Positions 1 to 11,241 of a stretch of DNA of 64,000 bases are shown here, piece by piece. Both the position numbers and the translations under genes were made by a program. This stretch comes from Babesia bigemina (lineage: Eukaryota). Under the pieces are notes generated by a model. The model was not told the DNA's origin and did no database searches. It saw only the letters and a list, made by a program, of their open reading frames with translations. The stretch spans positions 806,001 through 870,000 of the forward strand of contig NC_027217.1 of assembly GCF_000981445.1 (NCBI RefSeq), written 5' to 3'. How positions within the stretch are numbered: the first letter of the stretch is position 1; every line of letters begins with the position of its first letter.

Positions 1-1018
1 CACGTTTCTTGTGATCACGGTGCAGCTTGTGACGATGATGTACGAGAGCAGCGAGATATGCCACATGGAGATTTTGTACCCGTACCTCTTCCGTTTCCGC
101 AGTAACACTAAGGTGCACCAGATGCTGATAGATGGCGGGGTGCGTTCGCTGAAGGGTCGTCTGGTGGCGTGCATCCTGTTTAATCTGGGTTCGCTGGTGC
201 CGGATACGTACCTGATTTTGGTTCGTACGCTGCAGCCGCTTCGTTTGTACGTGATTATTAACGCATTGAAGGTGGCTGGTGGCACGCTGTTATTCTCCAC
301 GTTCATCACGATCTGCATCGTCAGATACTTCATCAACGCAGGGACAGACCCCAGGCTCTTTGCGGACGACACGCCCTCGCAGCTGATGAACAAAGGCGTG
401 GCTGTGGACCCGAGCGTCGCCAACACCTCCTTCATTTCGGACAACCTTAAATACCTCCCCGTGTACAATCTCAAGGATACTGTCTACTCGCGCGTGGCGC
501 GCACCGTTGCGGGCATGGAAAAGAACAAGCTGTCGGTGCCAGACTTCCTAAAGACGCCTGCCTCAAAACCAACCGAGGCGGCGGTTACCTTCCAGAACAA
601 GCTGGCGATATACAACTTCATCCGCAGCAACATTGCGCAGGTTGTGACGACCTTGGATGTTGTTTTATACCAATCGCTGTATCTGACGGTCGTGTGCATG
701 GCGCTGGGTCTGTACGGGTTCGTGCTCGTCATCAAGCGCCACAAGCTCATTTTGTACGTCAACTTTATGGTGGACGTCATTGCCGCGTGCGTACACGCAT
801 GTCACGCGCTGATGCTGATGTACGGGATGCAAGTCGCCGAATACTTCTGCGGGATAGACGTGTACATGCCTGCGGAGGGGACGCTGAGCCTGGGCACCAA
901 GGCCGTCTTCACGTGGATGTGCAGGAGCAAGGCCCTGTACATCCTGATGTTCGTCATCGCAATAATAGAGGCTGCGCTGTCAGTCACGGACTGCGTAGCG
1001 CTATATCTTTTATGGTGA
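1..1018 (+). CDS. Multi-pass membrane protein, hypothetical (5' end outside window)
   Basis: Open frame from the window edge to TGA at 1016-1018, with several hydrophobic segments (e.g. LYLTVVCMALGLYGFVLVI, ALYILMFVIAIIEAAL). Confidence 0.7.
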   Translation, partial: TFLVITVQLVTMMYESSEICHMEILYPYLFRFRSNTKVHQMLIDGGVRSLKGRLVACILFNLGSLVPDTYLILVRTLQPLRLYVIINALKVAGGTLLFSTFITICIVRYFINAGTDPRLFADDTPSQLMNKGVAVDPSVANTSFISDNLKYLPVYNLKDTVYSRVARTVAGMEKNKLSVPDFLKTPASKPTEAAVTFQNKLAIYNFIRSNIAQVVTTLDVVLYQSLYLTVVCMALGLYGFVLVIKRHKLILYVNFMVDVIAACVHACHALMLMYGMQVAEYFCGIDVYMPAEGTLSLGTKAVFTWMCRSKALYILMFVIAIIEAALSVTDCVALYLLW

Positions 1019-2045
1019 TAACAGTTTTGTTAAGTGTTCGATAAAGTTGCTCTGGCGTACGCCGTCGAGCCTCCGTTTAACCTGCGACAGGCCGTACATC
1101 AGCGTAGCCCAATCTTTGAGCTCCTGGTAGAGGAACATGTCACCTTTGTAGCTGCGCGTTCATGCTTCGGCTTCGAGTCTCACCTACCATGTGGCGTGCA
1201 CTGAGTCAACGTCGTCCACGGCGCTGTGTATGCACCATCGCAACGCTCGCTGTATAAAACTTTGGGGTGGCAGCTTCTCCCTCTGGAACGGCAGGTCTGC
1301 GACGTAAACTACTGTCGGCACGGCGGCGACGTTATACCGGTGACACAGCCCGTCGCTCAGTTTTCCGTCGTTGCAGTTCACCTTAACGAACTTGACGTTC
1401 CGCTTCTCTTGCTCGAATTGTTGCGATAGTGTTAGAAACAGGTGCATGAACTGGCTGCAGGAGATGTATTTATGGACCAAACGTGCATACAAAGTCGCAA
1501 TGAGCAACGCGTTGATAACATCAGAAACCACCCGGCGGCGCAACACCCAAGGGGATATGCCGCTCATGAAACGATTGCAAATAACCAAAAATCTTGTACT
1601 GTCATACACGTGTTAATCTCATGTTGCAGATAGAAATGCATTGTTTTGAGCATCATTAGCGCAAAAGCATGGTATGCGGCTTAGTAGCACGTCGACCTAC
1701 CGGCATCCGAAATGAAGCGGAACATAGAAGAGAACAATGTGGTCAATTGGCGGCGCATTCCTCAGAATCTCCTCCGCTTGCCGCCACGACATCTCTGAAA
1801 TGTTGGACTGCAGCCGCAGCGGCGCTTGCAGCGCTCCAGCGGCTACATCGCCCCGTACGACACCTAGGTTATGATCGATTCCTTGTATTCCAACGGTTCC
1901 ACAGATACCTGCGACGTCATGATTTGACCTTTCCAGAAGTGTATACAACGCATATATCTCTGGCCATAGGCGCTACTCATTGGAAGGCTGCCCTGTGCTT
2001 ACCAGTCAGTAGCAGCAGCTTAAAGTGCTGAGTCATATGTCGCAT
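1010..2045 (-). CDS. Thioredoxin-fold protein lacking CxxC, multi-exon
   Basis: Joined exons give HIVLFYVPLHFGCR/QFMHLFLTLSQQF..VKFVKVNC..LCHRYNVAAVPTVVYV..YKGDMFLYQELKDW, a thioredoxin/PDI-like pattern. GT-AG sites are visible. Stop TAA is at 1010-1012. The start is uncertain. Confidence 0.6.
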
Positions 2046-2466
2046 AATGGAATCCAGCAACGCTTCGCGACGTCAGTTTGCAGAATTTTAAATGGTTGTG
2101 TGTGTAACCATTAGGCATAATTGTCACCTGACCTTCCGCAAGCTGCCTCCACAGTCGAAACTTCTCGCCTCTGCCGGCATACTCGCGCCACATGGCCAGG
2201 TTAATCAAAATTACGTTTATGTGCAAGTATTGTTGGACTATTGCCATGGTGCAGAAGCCACTTTCGGCTCTTTAATACGACGCATACTCTGCCGCCTGGC
2301 TAGTAATGTTGTCTAATGCCGGTGATTCCACTGGGAATATCGATGATCACGAATGTCTGCAGTATGCAAACGCGTTGATGATCGAGCACAGGCTGCCCGA
2401 AGGTGTTAGAAGGAAGTCTCCGATGGATTCCACTGCGCTCCTACACACTGCCATGTCTATCGTTCC

Positions 2467-3951
2467 ATGGAGTTGACACGGATCGCGTGGCGCCTTTTGG
2501 CTGTGACATGGGCTCTTGCCAGCATCGCGAACGGGTACGCATACCTGCCTGTAAGGAACCCCTGTGCCAACCTATCGTTGTCGCCATGGCAATCCGGGGC
2601 ATGCAAGCAGCAAAGCTGCTTTAATCGCAAAAGGCATGTACAGCGCCGCTTCACCGGCGTATTCGCCGAACCTAGCGCCGAGCACACGGCTGATGCTGGC
2701 GATGATCGGAAGCGGAAGATCCTGTTCCTCCGTACCTCCACTGGGAAGGGCACCCAGGAATGCTACGAGGCGCTGACAAAGGCTGGCGGTGACCTACGTG
2801 CGGCGCTCGACATCATCAGAAGCGGCATGGACAACTACGTTGCGTCGAGCGGTGCGTTACTCATATATCCATATAATGTCTTGTTAGGCGGCGGGGAATC
2901 TGCGCCGGTGGTGGACCTGCTGCACGGCCGAGTAGCCACCGTCATGACCCCTGACATGGCCGCAGTGCTCGAGCTCCGGTGCGAAACTGACTTCGTGGCA
3001 CGCAACAACGTGTTCATGGCGTTGGCGAAATCTCTGGCCAACTCCGCTCTTGCCGTCATGCGGTCCGCAGACGCCTCTGCGCAGGAATTGGACGCCGAGT
3101 GTGTTGGCAACAAAATGATGGAGGCGCGCTGCATCAGATGTTCCAAGACCCCCAGAGAAGCTGCTGCTCTAGCTAAGATGGCGCTGCACGAAAGGCTGAT
3201 CGTCACCAGGTTGGGATTCATCAAGGCGGCGCCGCAGGAGTGCCTCACGTCATACCTCCACGGGGCGCTGGTGGCCACCCACCCGTTGAATAAGGTGGGG
3301 TCGGCAGCGGCTCTGCTGAAGTACACGTTGACCGGCGCCCCGGACTCAGCCGCAGGCAGCAGCGCCGTGCCCGCGGCCGCCGATCTGCTGACGCCCATCA
3401 CGCACGACCATGAAAGCGTCCCTGAGACCAATTGCGTTTCGGTTGGAGCCGAATGCATCTACGCAGAAATGCCCGCAGTGGAACCCTCGTTGCTGTCGGA
3501 CGGCGACGTCGGCTTGACACGGAGCATCAAGACGTTCACGAAGCAGGTCACGCAGCACATCGTCGGCGCCCGGCCTGTCGCGATGACCCTGGACGACTAC
3601 GACCCGGAGAAGGTCAGCGCCGCGCGGTCGGAGTTGGAGGCCGAGGCCCTGGCTTCGGGGAAACCCAAGGACACCGTCGACCGCATCGTTTCGGGTCGGC
3701 TGCGCAAGCAATTCGGGGAGTTCGTGTTGATGGAGCAGGTGAGTGCGCCAGTCCCGAAAGACCACAATGTGCAGAAATGGCCGTTCGACGGCGGCAAGCC
3801 CTCCGTGGGCAGCGCCGTGCAGGACTTCGAGAAGAGGAACCGCGCGAAGCTGGAGCTGACGCGGATGCTGCAGTTCTCCGTCGCCGACGACCTACTCACG
3901 TACCGGGCACCGCACGGCGCACACTACTATCAGATTAACATGGTGTTGTAA
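2467..3951 (+). CDS. tsf: Elongation factor Ts, probably apicoplast-targeted
   Basis: ELRCETDFVARN motif, UBA-like N-domain (LRTSTGKGTQECYEALTKAGGD) and GKPKDTVDRIVSGRLRK. The N-terminus is a signal peptide followed by a basic transit-like segment. Two 36-nt GT-AG introns are predicted (2852-2887, 3739-3774). Confidence 0.92.
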   Translation: MELTRIAWRLLAVTWALASIANGYAYLPVRNPCANLSLSPWQSGACKQQSCFNRKRHVQRRFTGVFAEPSAEHTADAGDDRKRKILFLRTSTGKGTQECYEALTKAGGDLRAALDIIRSGMDNYVASSGALLIYPYNVLLGGGESAPVVDLLHGRVATVMTPDMAAVLELRCETDFVARNNVFMALAKSLANSALAVMRSADASAQELDAECVGNKMMEARCIRCSKTPREAAALAKMALHERLIVTRLGFIKAAPQECLTSYLHGALVATHPLNKVGSAAALLKYTLTGAPDSAAGSSAVPAAADLLTPITHDHESVPETNCVSVGAECIYAEMPAVEPSLLSDGDVGLTRSIKTFTKQVTQHIVGARPVAMTLDDYDPEKVSAARSELEAEALASGKPKDTVDRIVSGRLRKQFGEFVLMEQVSAPVPKDHNVQKWPFDGGKPSVGSAVQDFEKRNRAKLELTRMLQFSVADDLLTYRAPHGAHYYQINMVL

Positions 3952-5820
3952 CTATAGTGCAAATGCAGCGCCCCCCAGCTGCTCCATGAAATCCTCAGGC
4001 CGGTCGAAGGCGGTGGAGCCGTACACAATGGAGTATTTGGAGCGCGACGCCAGGTCCTGCAGCGCCACGGCCTCGTTGTAGGAGCCGCCGCCAACGACGA
4101 ACACGACGCATCTGCGCGACGTGGAGCGGCGGACTGAGGGCGCAAGCGCGCTCTCCGAGGTCCTGGGGTCGTAGTACGCGAACTCGCTGGAGATCGCCTC
4201 GGAGTTGTTCAGCAGGCTCTCCAGGACGCTGACGATGCAGGGTTGCTTCTTGCGCGGCAGCATACGGCGCACCCCCTTGAAGAGGCTGACCCCGGTGTCG
4301 ATGAGCTTGCTGCTGTACTCCGCCAGCTTCTTGTGCCCCTGCGAAAACTCGCGGCGTGGCGCTTCCGCTGAGGTCATCCCCTCGTTAATCTGCTTCGCCG
4401 TTGACAGGTCCGACGTTTTGGCGTTTTGGATCTGCTTCAGCAGCCCCTCGCTGAAGGCCTTCATCTTCATGAGGTTGCGCAGGCCGCGCAGGCTGTCGTG
4501 CTTGAGCTCGCCGCGCAACTTGATGCGGTGCTCGAGTTCGTCGAAGCGCGATTCCGCAACCCCCGGACGGTTGAGCGCCACCAGGAGCAGCGACCGGTAG
4601 AGGTCCATCGCGGTAGACTTATCGCTGCCCAGGAGGTCCTCGAATTGCTGGAAACAATTCTTCTCACTCAGCAGGTCCAGATCGTACTCGAACTCGTAGA
4701 AGCGATCCAAGTCCCGGCTCTTAACTGCGTCCACCAGCGCGGTGGCCAGGTTGGTGTGCATGTCCAGCAGTCGCTTCTGCTCGGTGAGCTGGGGGATGGC
4801 GTTCATGGCGTTCACGAGGCTGCCCGCGGCCTCATCCTCGCCCCTGTTTATCTGGGAGAGCTGCGCATTGTACCCTTCCAGGGACGTCGCGATGTGTGAC
4901 GCGACGTCCGACAGCGGCAGCCTGTGGATGGCCTGGTACAGCTTGTCCCCAGCCTCGAGGTCGTACGTAACCTTCTTCGACTTCTCGCTCCCCGTCTCCA
5001 ACACGAGCTTGTCGAAGTTTATGCCGAACAGGTCGTGGAGCAGCGGCTGGTAGTTCCAGCTGTGCTGGATCATCGAGCCCAGGTCGATGGTGCGGTCCAC
5101 GATGAGCAGCATGGGTCGGTTATACGAGCTCGCCAGCGATATCCCCAGTTGGTGGCGCGCGCTCACAAGCTCGAACAGCTTCTTGTTGAGGCGCTCGGCC
5201 ACCGTAGCGGCCGGCGACATGCTGCGCGGCGCCACCAGGAACGGCAGCGTCCCCAGGGTCACCACCACGGAGAGCAGCCTGTCGACGATGGTGTCCAGCA
5301 GCGGGTCCGTCTCGCCCTCCGTCCTGCCGCCGTAGCACTCGGCGAAGCACTTCGGCATGTTCAGCGAGAAGGACGAGAGCGCAATGGACGCGAAGTGAAT
5401 ATAGCGGTCGGCGACCGCTGCGATGGAGCCATGCGCTTTTGCCTCCACGAACCGCCTCGCGAACTCGCTCAGGAACGCGTCCGAGGTGTAGGTCGTGAAG
5501 TTGACGTACAGCTGCTTGTACTTGTGGCTCTGGGCGTCCGCCAGTATGGCGTCAACGTTGGCCTCCGTGGGGCTGACGAGGTAGACCGCGTCGACCCCCG
5601 GTATCGGCTCCCTGCGATCCGATATCGCCATGTTCAGGGTCACTCCGAGGCTGCGCAGCTCGCCGACCTTCAGAATGGGCGACAGCAGCTTGCGCGCCTC
5701 GTCATCGTAGATCAGTACCTTCCACGTCTTCAGCTGCTGGCCGTCTGCGTCATCGTCGCCGGACAGCTGCAGCATCTCTGAGACCGCCTTCAGCTGAAGG
5801 CTGTGCAGATCCATCTCCAT
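3952..5820 (-). CDS. SLY1: Sec1/Munc18-family protein Sly1 (SCFD1)
   Basis: WKVLIYD..LSPILKVGELRSLGVTL, RPMLLIVDRTIDL..HSWNYQPLLHD, KRLLDMHTNLATAL and VFVVGGGSYNE. Single exon. Confidence 0.93.
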   Translation of the reverse strand: MEMDLHSLQLKAVSEMLQLSGDDDADGQQLKTWKVLIYDDEARKLLSPILKVGELRSLGVTLNMAISDRREPIPGVDAVYLVSPTEANVDAILADAQSHKYKQLYVNFTTYTSDAFLSEFARRFVEAKAHGSIAAVADRYIHFASIALSSFSLNMPKCFAECYGGRTEGETDPLLDTIVDRLLSVVVTLGTLPFLVAPRSMSPAATVAERLNKKLFELVSARHQLGISLASSYNRPMLLIVDRTIDLGSMIQHSWNYQPLLHDLFGINFDKLVLETGSEKSKKVTYDLEAGDKLYQAIHRLPLSDVASHIATSLEGYNAQLSQINRGEDEAAGSLVNAMNAIPQLTEQKRLLDMHTNLATALVDAVKSRDLDRFYEFEYDLDLLSEKNCFQQFEDLLGSDKSTAMDLYRSLLLVALNRPGVAESRFDELEHRIKLRGELKHDSLRGLRNLMKMKAFSEGLLKQIQNAKTSDLSTAKQINEGMTSAEAPRREFSQGHKKLAEYSSKLIDTGVSLFKGVRRMLPRKKQPCIVSVLESLLNNSEAISSEFAYYDPRTSESALAPSVRRSTSRRCVVFVVGGGSYNEAVALQDLASRSKYSIVYGSTAFDRPEDFMEQLGGAAFAL

Positions 5821-5840
5821 CTTGCCAACCGTAGAGTTAA

Positions 5841-6351
5841 CTAAGCGATCGACACCACGTGCACTTCGTAGAAGATTTTGCCATACTCGCCGAACGGGAT
5901 GCCTACTCGCCTAATCTCGTCGAGGCGCATATTCGCGATAGCGTTGTTGAGCGGCACCACCGGGTGTTTCCCGACCTGCACAGACATGAGCCAACCCCTG
6001 GTATACGGTGTAGAGGAGCGGACGGTGTGAACCGCCGACACACCCGCGCGAAACGCGGGGTATCTTCAGCGGAACAGCTACACATGTGCAGGCACGTACC
6101 TCGAAAATCTGTTCCGCGAATCCCGTGATGTGCTTTGGGACCGACGGCGAAAAAGTTCGTAGCAGAGCCTTCACGCGGTCGCCTGACGCAACGCTGCGAC
6201 TGCCATCGATTCCGGGCTTCAGAACCCGAACCGAGAATTCTCCTGAGAGCTCTGTCTGGTCTAGAGCGTATTCGGGGTCGTAGGCAAGCACGCTGCCGTA
6301 GTTGAGGCCCAAGAGTGTCGCAAGAACCAGGAACGGTGCCGCCAAAAACAT
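5841..6351 (-). CDS. Signal-peptide-bearing FKBP-like (degenerate PPIase-fold) protein
   Basis: MFLAAPFLVLATLLGL signal, then VRVLKPG..SGDRV..FE|VGKHPVVPLNNAIANMRLDEIRRVGIP..FYEVHVVSI, which follows the FKBP pattern. One intron at about 5977-6099. Confidence 0.6.
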
Positions 6352-6590
6352 GCTGCGCCGCGTGAAGCACGATTCCACGCACGTCTCCACGTACTACAAC
6401 GGTTGGTAATCGCCGCTGGGCCGGGCTGGCGGGAGTTGTTTGGGGCCACGCCCAAGTCGAGTGTGTACACATGGGGACGTCGCCAAACGTGGAAGACTAG
6501 TATGTAATTACGGGTGTCGCCGGGTACTGCCCCGGCCGCGTGTTGGCGACGCTGTGCGCTCACGGCGCGCATCTGGTATGGCGTGCGCGT

Positions 6591-8615
6591 CTAGGAATCC
6601 AGCGTTGAGAGTATGCGCGTGACCTCGCTGTGCAGATCCTGGATGTCGTTCATCATCTTGTCGCTGCGGAAAATGACAGCAAGCACACGCAATCCCACCT
6701 TCCTACAGCGAACGCTTCTTCGTAGAGTCGGTATATCCGAGCAGCGACGCCTTCAAGCGCATGGCGCAAACCCTCGGTGCTCACCGAGAGGCCGGATTCC
6801 GACGGTGACGCGAAGGCCGACGCGTTGCTATCCATACGCTCCAGTGACATGTACGGCGTTCTACCAGCCTCGTGGGACGTCCTGCTAGCTGCTCTAGGTG
6901 TCCTCGCGCGCATCGTCTTATCCAGACTGACGTGGCTGCCGTCATCAACTGGCACCCAGGGGATGCTGCCGGAAGCGCGGGCTGCACTGTCAGCGTTAGC
7001 CACTGCAGATTTGCCGGAATCCAGCTTGTTGAACTGGCGCCGAATCTTGTGCGCTTTTGCGATAAGCAGAGAGATGTTTTCAATAGGGGGGAACTTGAAC
7101 AGCCGCTGCAGGCAGTAGTTTATATCGTTCTCCAGCACTGCACAGCATAGCGACGCCAGCAAACCCAACCTACGATTCAGGCGCACGTACGACATCATGG
7201 CCACGGCGAAAAAGTCGACGAGCTCAAACTGGAACTCCGGCAGCCGCTGCCCCTCCAAGGTGGTGGCATGGTGGTCCGCAAAAACTGCGTCCCACAGGCA
7301 TAACGTTTCGTTCACGTTGAACTCGCGGCTGAATATCAGCCGTATCCACCGCATAAGGAACACGTGAGGCTCCAGCTCGATGTCCTGGAAGTGCTTGAAG
7401 AGCGCAGGGTCGTAGTCCTGAAGAGCATGAGGACCACCACCGTCACATGTACAGCCACACCCAGCGATGCCATTTACCTCCATCAGCACGAATAATACAA
7501 AAATATACTAAAGTGCGCGGCTTAGATCGCGCTGATGAGTATAGAACGCATTACAGCACTCGGGACAAATACGAACAGCACGCAGTCGCCCGCGGCGTGG
7601 GTTGTGATGCCAAACCGTAACCCGGCGAAACCAAAATGGCAATAGATTCACGCAGACACTCATCTTCGCACTTCCTTACCTTCAGTATACGCGAATGAAT
7701 GAACTTGGTGCGTGCGATAAAAGAATTGTGGGTGTTGTTGGCCTTCGCGCGCCCGGGCAGCGCGACGATGTGAGCCAGGTTGGCGGATCGCACCTCATAA
7801 CTCTTGATTGACGGCATCTTTGTAGCCGCATTGTCGAACATGAGCTGTATCTCCAGGCACATCAACGCGTCGAAGAGCGTGTAAGCGTCAGCCTCAAGGT
7901 CCTTTGCGTCCCCCGAACAGATCTCCGCGAACGCCGAGTCAGCAGTCGAGTCGGCTGGCCTCGCCTGGTCGCGGTAGCACACGATGTAAACGACCGCCAA
8001 CAACTCATTCATTCCCTGGCGATACGAGATGTAGTCGTGCTCCCTGCTCCAAACAAAGAGCACGTTCTGCAGTGTCTTCCGTACGGACTCGCTTTTGAAA
8101 AGGCTCCGCTCCTGATAGGTGCGTTCCACATCCTGCCATATCTCGTCCAGCAGTTCGCGTGAACGCTGGTTCTGCTCCCACGGGTTGCGCTCGACTGGCG
8201 CTAGCGGGTGGAACAGCTGTGGGTTCAGCGCCTGCATGCTTTTGAGGTTGTCCTGCCTGTGCTTTTTCACTAGCTCCCAGTAGCGCTCCCTTTTCTGCCT
8301 GACTGCTGCGAGCAGTTCTTCCATAGTATCCGCGGTGTACACTCCGAGGAAATAGCCCCAAACGACACGCCGCATATTTTCAATGCCGACTTGCATGGCA
8401 GTCACGGACGCGGCCAACCGCTGCATCGCCGCATCGATGCTGCGCTCAGAGTCATCCCCGCCTGAAGAGGAGGCTTCGCTGTCAGAGCTTCCCACTGCAC
8501 CGTCATCGGCACGCTTCGAGCGCCGCAATATGGCGTCAAAGTCGTCCGATGTGACTCCGCAGTAGCAATCCTCATCGTAGGTTATGTCGTACGTGTCCTC
8601 ACAGCTTCCATCCAT
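6591..8615 (-). CDS. TBC-domain Rab GTPase-activating protein (TBC1D5-like)
   Basis: IWQDVERT (arginine finger), YRQGMNELL (glutamine finger) and MRWIRLIFSREF..LWDAVF. Several introns. Stop TAG is at 6591-6593. Confidence 0.88.
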
Positions 8616-9123
8616 GTTTCGCGATGTACGATACACTGGGGTCAAGAAGTGGCAGAGATACTACTGCATCCGTCGAAGAGTTGTCTTCTGCGTCAACACA
8701 CGCTTCGACGGCGTACATCAACCCGGCCGCGAATGTGTGGATCCTCGCACGGAAAAAACGTATCGACCCGTTTAATAAATTCGAAGTGCGCACAAAGCGA
8801 GTGGAGTGCCTTTAAGGGCTCCAAAACCAACTTAGACACCCCTCTAACACCGGCATACGCTCGATGTGGCCGCCGCACATGGTCGCGGCAAACTTCTCCT
8901 GCATTGCGATATGCCTGAAAGCAAAGGCGCGACTTTCTTGCAGCATTTGTAAAAGTCGGAAGCTGCCTAATGTGTAGCATCGCGGTCCTCAGCAAGCCAG
9001 GAATCACGCAATAACTCGAGTCCACCGCAACTCCGTATTCAACGACGGCGATCGCGAAATTGCGACACCGTTTGAGTTTCCTATCGCAAGTTCGGCGTGT
9101 TAGTGCTGAAGCAATGCTGGAAG

Positions 9124-11173
9124 ATGTTGCGATCGTTTAATTCCAATGGGTACAAGGTAGGTTGTATGCCAGCATTTGGAGGCGACGTGATCTCAACTGA
9201 CAGATCATGTGACACTAAGTACACCCGTTGTGTCTCTGAATGTTATACATGTTGATTGTAGTGGCAAGCGCATTTCTTATAAATGTACTGGGGTTCTAGG
9301 AGCAACCTTGTAGAATGAGATAATGCGCTTTCAGGTCTACGCCTTGTCGGCTGGGAAATTCGCTCCGCAATTCCACGTCAGCAGCAAGGGGAAGAAGAAG
9401 TCAAAGTGGGTTAAAACTTCAGCTAATAGATATAATCTACAAGGGCTGATGCGGAGTACGAACATCGTATCGATTTGATTCACGACCTCGAGTTCCCGCA
9501 GGCTTGCAACACCGTCGACATATCGCCTGACCTGCAGTATATTGTAGCGACTGGAGTCTACCCACCGCAGGTATATAGCAATCAATATACGATTCGCTTT
9601 AATTGAATGCAGATCGGTGTTTACGACACCACGGAACTCTCTCTCAAGCACAGGCGCGGCATTGACAACGAGGTCATTAAGACCTGCTTCCTCGAGGCCG
9701 ACTACACCAAATTGGCTTTCCTATGCACCGACCGTGTAATCGAGTTCCACGACAGGGGCGGTCGCTATCACTCTCTCCGCATTCCGAAGGCGGGGCGCGA
9801 CATGATATACGTGTCGGACAACGCCTCCCTTTTCGCTGTGGCCTCCTGCAACGAGGTCTATCGACTCAACCTGGAGCACGGCGCTTTTGAGGAGCCATTC
9901 AAATCGGTCTGCTCTTATTTGAACTGCGTCGCCGAAAACCCCATCCTCCCACTTATATCCACGGGCGGGTAGGTTGACATGAGCCGTGTCACATGTCCGT
10001 CCCAGCGAAGGCGGTGTGCTGGAAAGTTGGGACCTTCGCTGCAACAAATCGGTGTCGCGGCTGCACTGCACCAGTGAGGACGACGGGGGCGATGAGAGCG
10101 TTACTCGCTGCGCCTACTCCGCCAATGGGCTGAAGGTGGCGGTGGGCACAAGTTCAGGATGCCTCCAGCTTTACGATATCCGTAACACCAAACCTCTGTG
10201 GGAGAAGCGACACGTTAACGAAGCGGCTGTTAACAATATCGAGTGGGTGAACTCGCTGAACCACGCGTCTACGGGTACGGCAGTTGCCTTGATGTTGTCA
10301 TCTCTGCCCAGGTGTCGGCCAGGATGCGCTGATTGCGTGGTCGGACCACAAAAGCGTGAGAGTACAGAACACACACGACGGCGAGTTCGTCGCATCCATC
10401 GAAGGACTGGTCACCGACAAGGCGAACAACACAAGCAAAATAAACTCGTTCCGGTTCTACCCCGACACGGGCATCTGCTTCGTGGTGGGCGACCACACCC
10501 GTGTCGGCACCTACTTCATTCCAACCATCGGTGCAGCCCCCAAGTATGGCACGCTACGTGTGTGACAATGCGTTCGCAGATGGTGCTCGTTCCTGGAGAA
10601 CATCACTGAGGAGATGGAGATGCCGTCGGCCGCCGACACTGGCGTCGCCCCTGGAGCCACTAAGCAGGCCTACGAGGACTTCGTCTTCGTCACGAGGCAG
10701 CAGCTTGAAGAGATCAACGCCACCGAGCTCATCGGCACCAACATGGTCAAGGATTACATGCACGGCTACTTCATTGACAGTGACGTCTATCGCAAACTCA
10801 AGAGCGCCTCGTCAGACTTCGATTACGAGGCGTACCGGAAGAAGAAGATTCAGGAGAAGATCGATGCCAAGCGGCAAATGCGTCTGCCGCTGCGCCAGAA
10901 GAAGACGCAGGTTGTCAACGAGGAGCTCGCGGAGCACCTGCGCCAGACAGCGGAGGCCGTCGGGAAGAAGGTAAGCACAGCTGTGATCAGTCGATATGGC
11001 CTCAGGGGCTCTCCAAGAAGGAGAAAGAACAAGCGCTCAGCGCCAAGGCTGCGCTGCAAGACGATCGTTTTGCCCGCATTTTCACGGACGAAAACTTTGC
11101 GATCGACCACGTGGAAGCGGCCGAGGTTTCCGCGAAGCGCAGATACCTTACGACCCAAAACAAACGCAAGTAA
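9124..11173 (+). CDS. NOL10: Nucleolar protein 10 / Enp2 (WD40, NUC153)
   Basis: Spliced MLRSFNSNGYK|VYALSAGK, then RIDLIHDLEFP..ATGVYPPQ, WCSFLENITEEME, YMHGYFID and DDRFARIFTDENFAID. Confidence 0.9.
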
Positions 11174-11241
11174 AGCAACCAACGTACATAACACAGCTAA
11201 TCGCATATTTAAAGGCGGGATGTTGGTCGTGGTGCCGACGA

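Noticed and set aside
4205..5781. Long plus-strand ORFs opposite Sly1, and similar ones opposite TAF2, IWS1 and eIF4G
   Set aside because: Expected antisense open frames in GC3-rich coding DNA, with no recognisable motifs.
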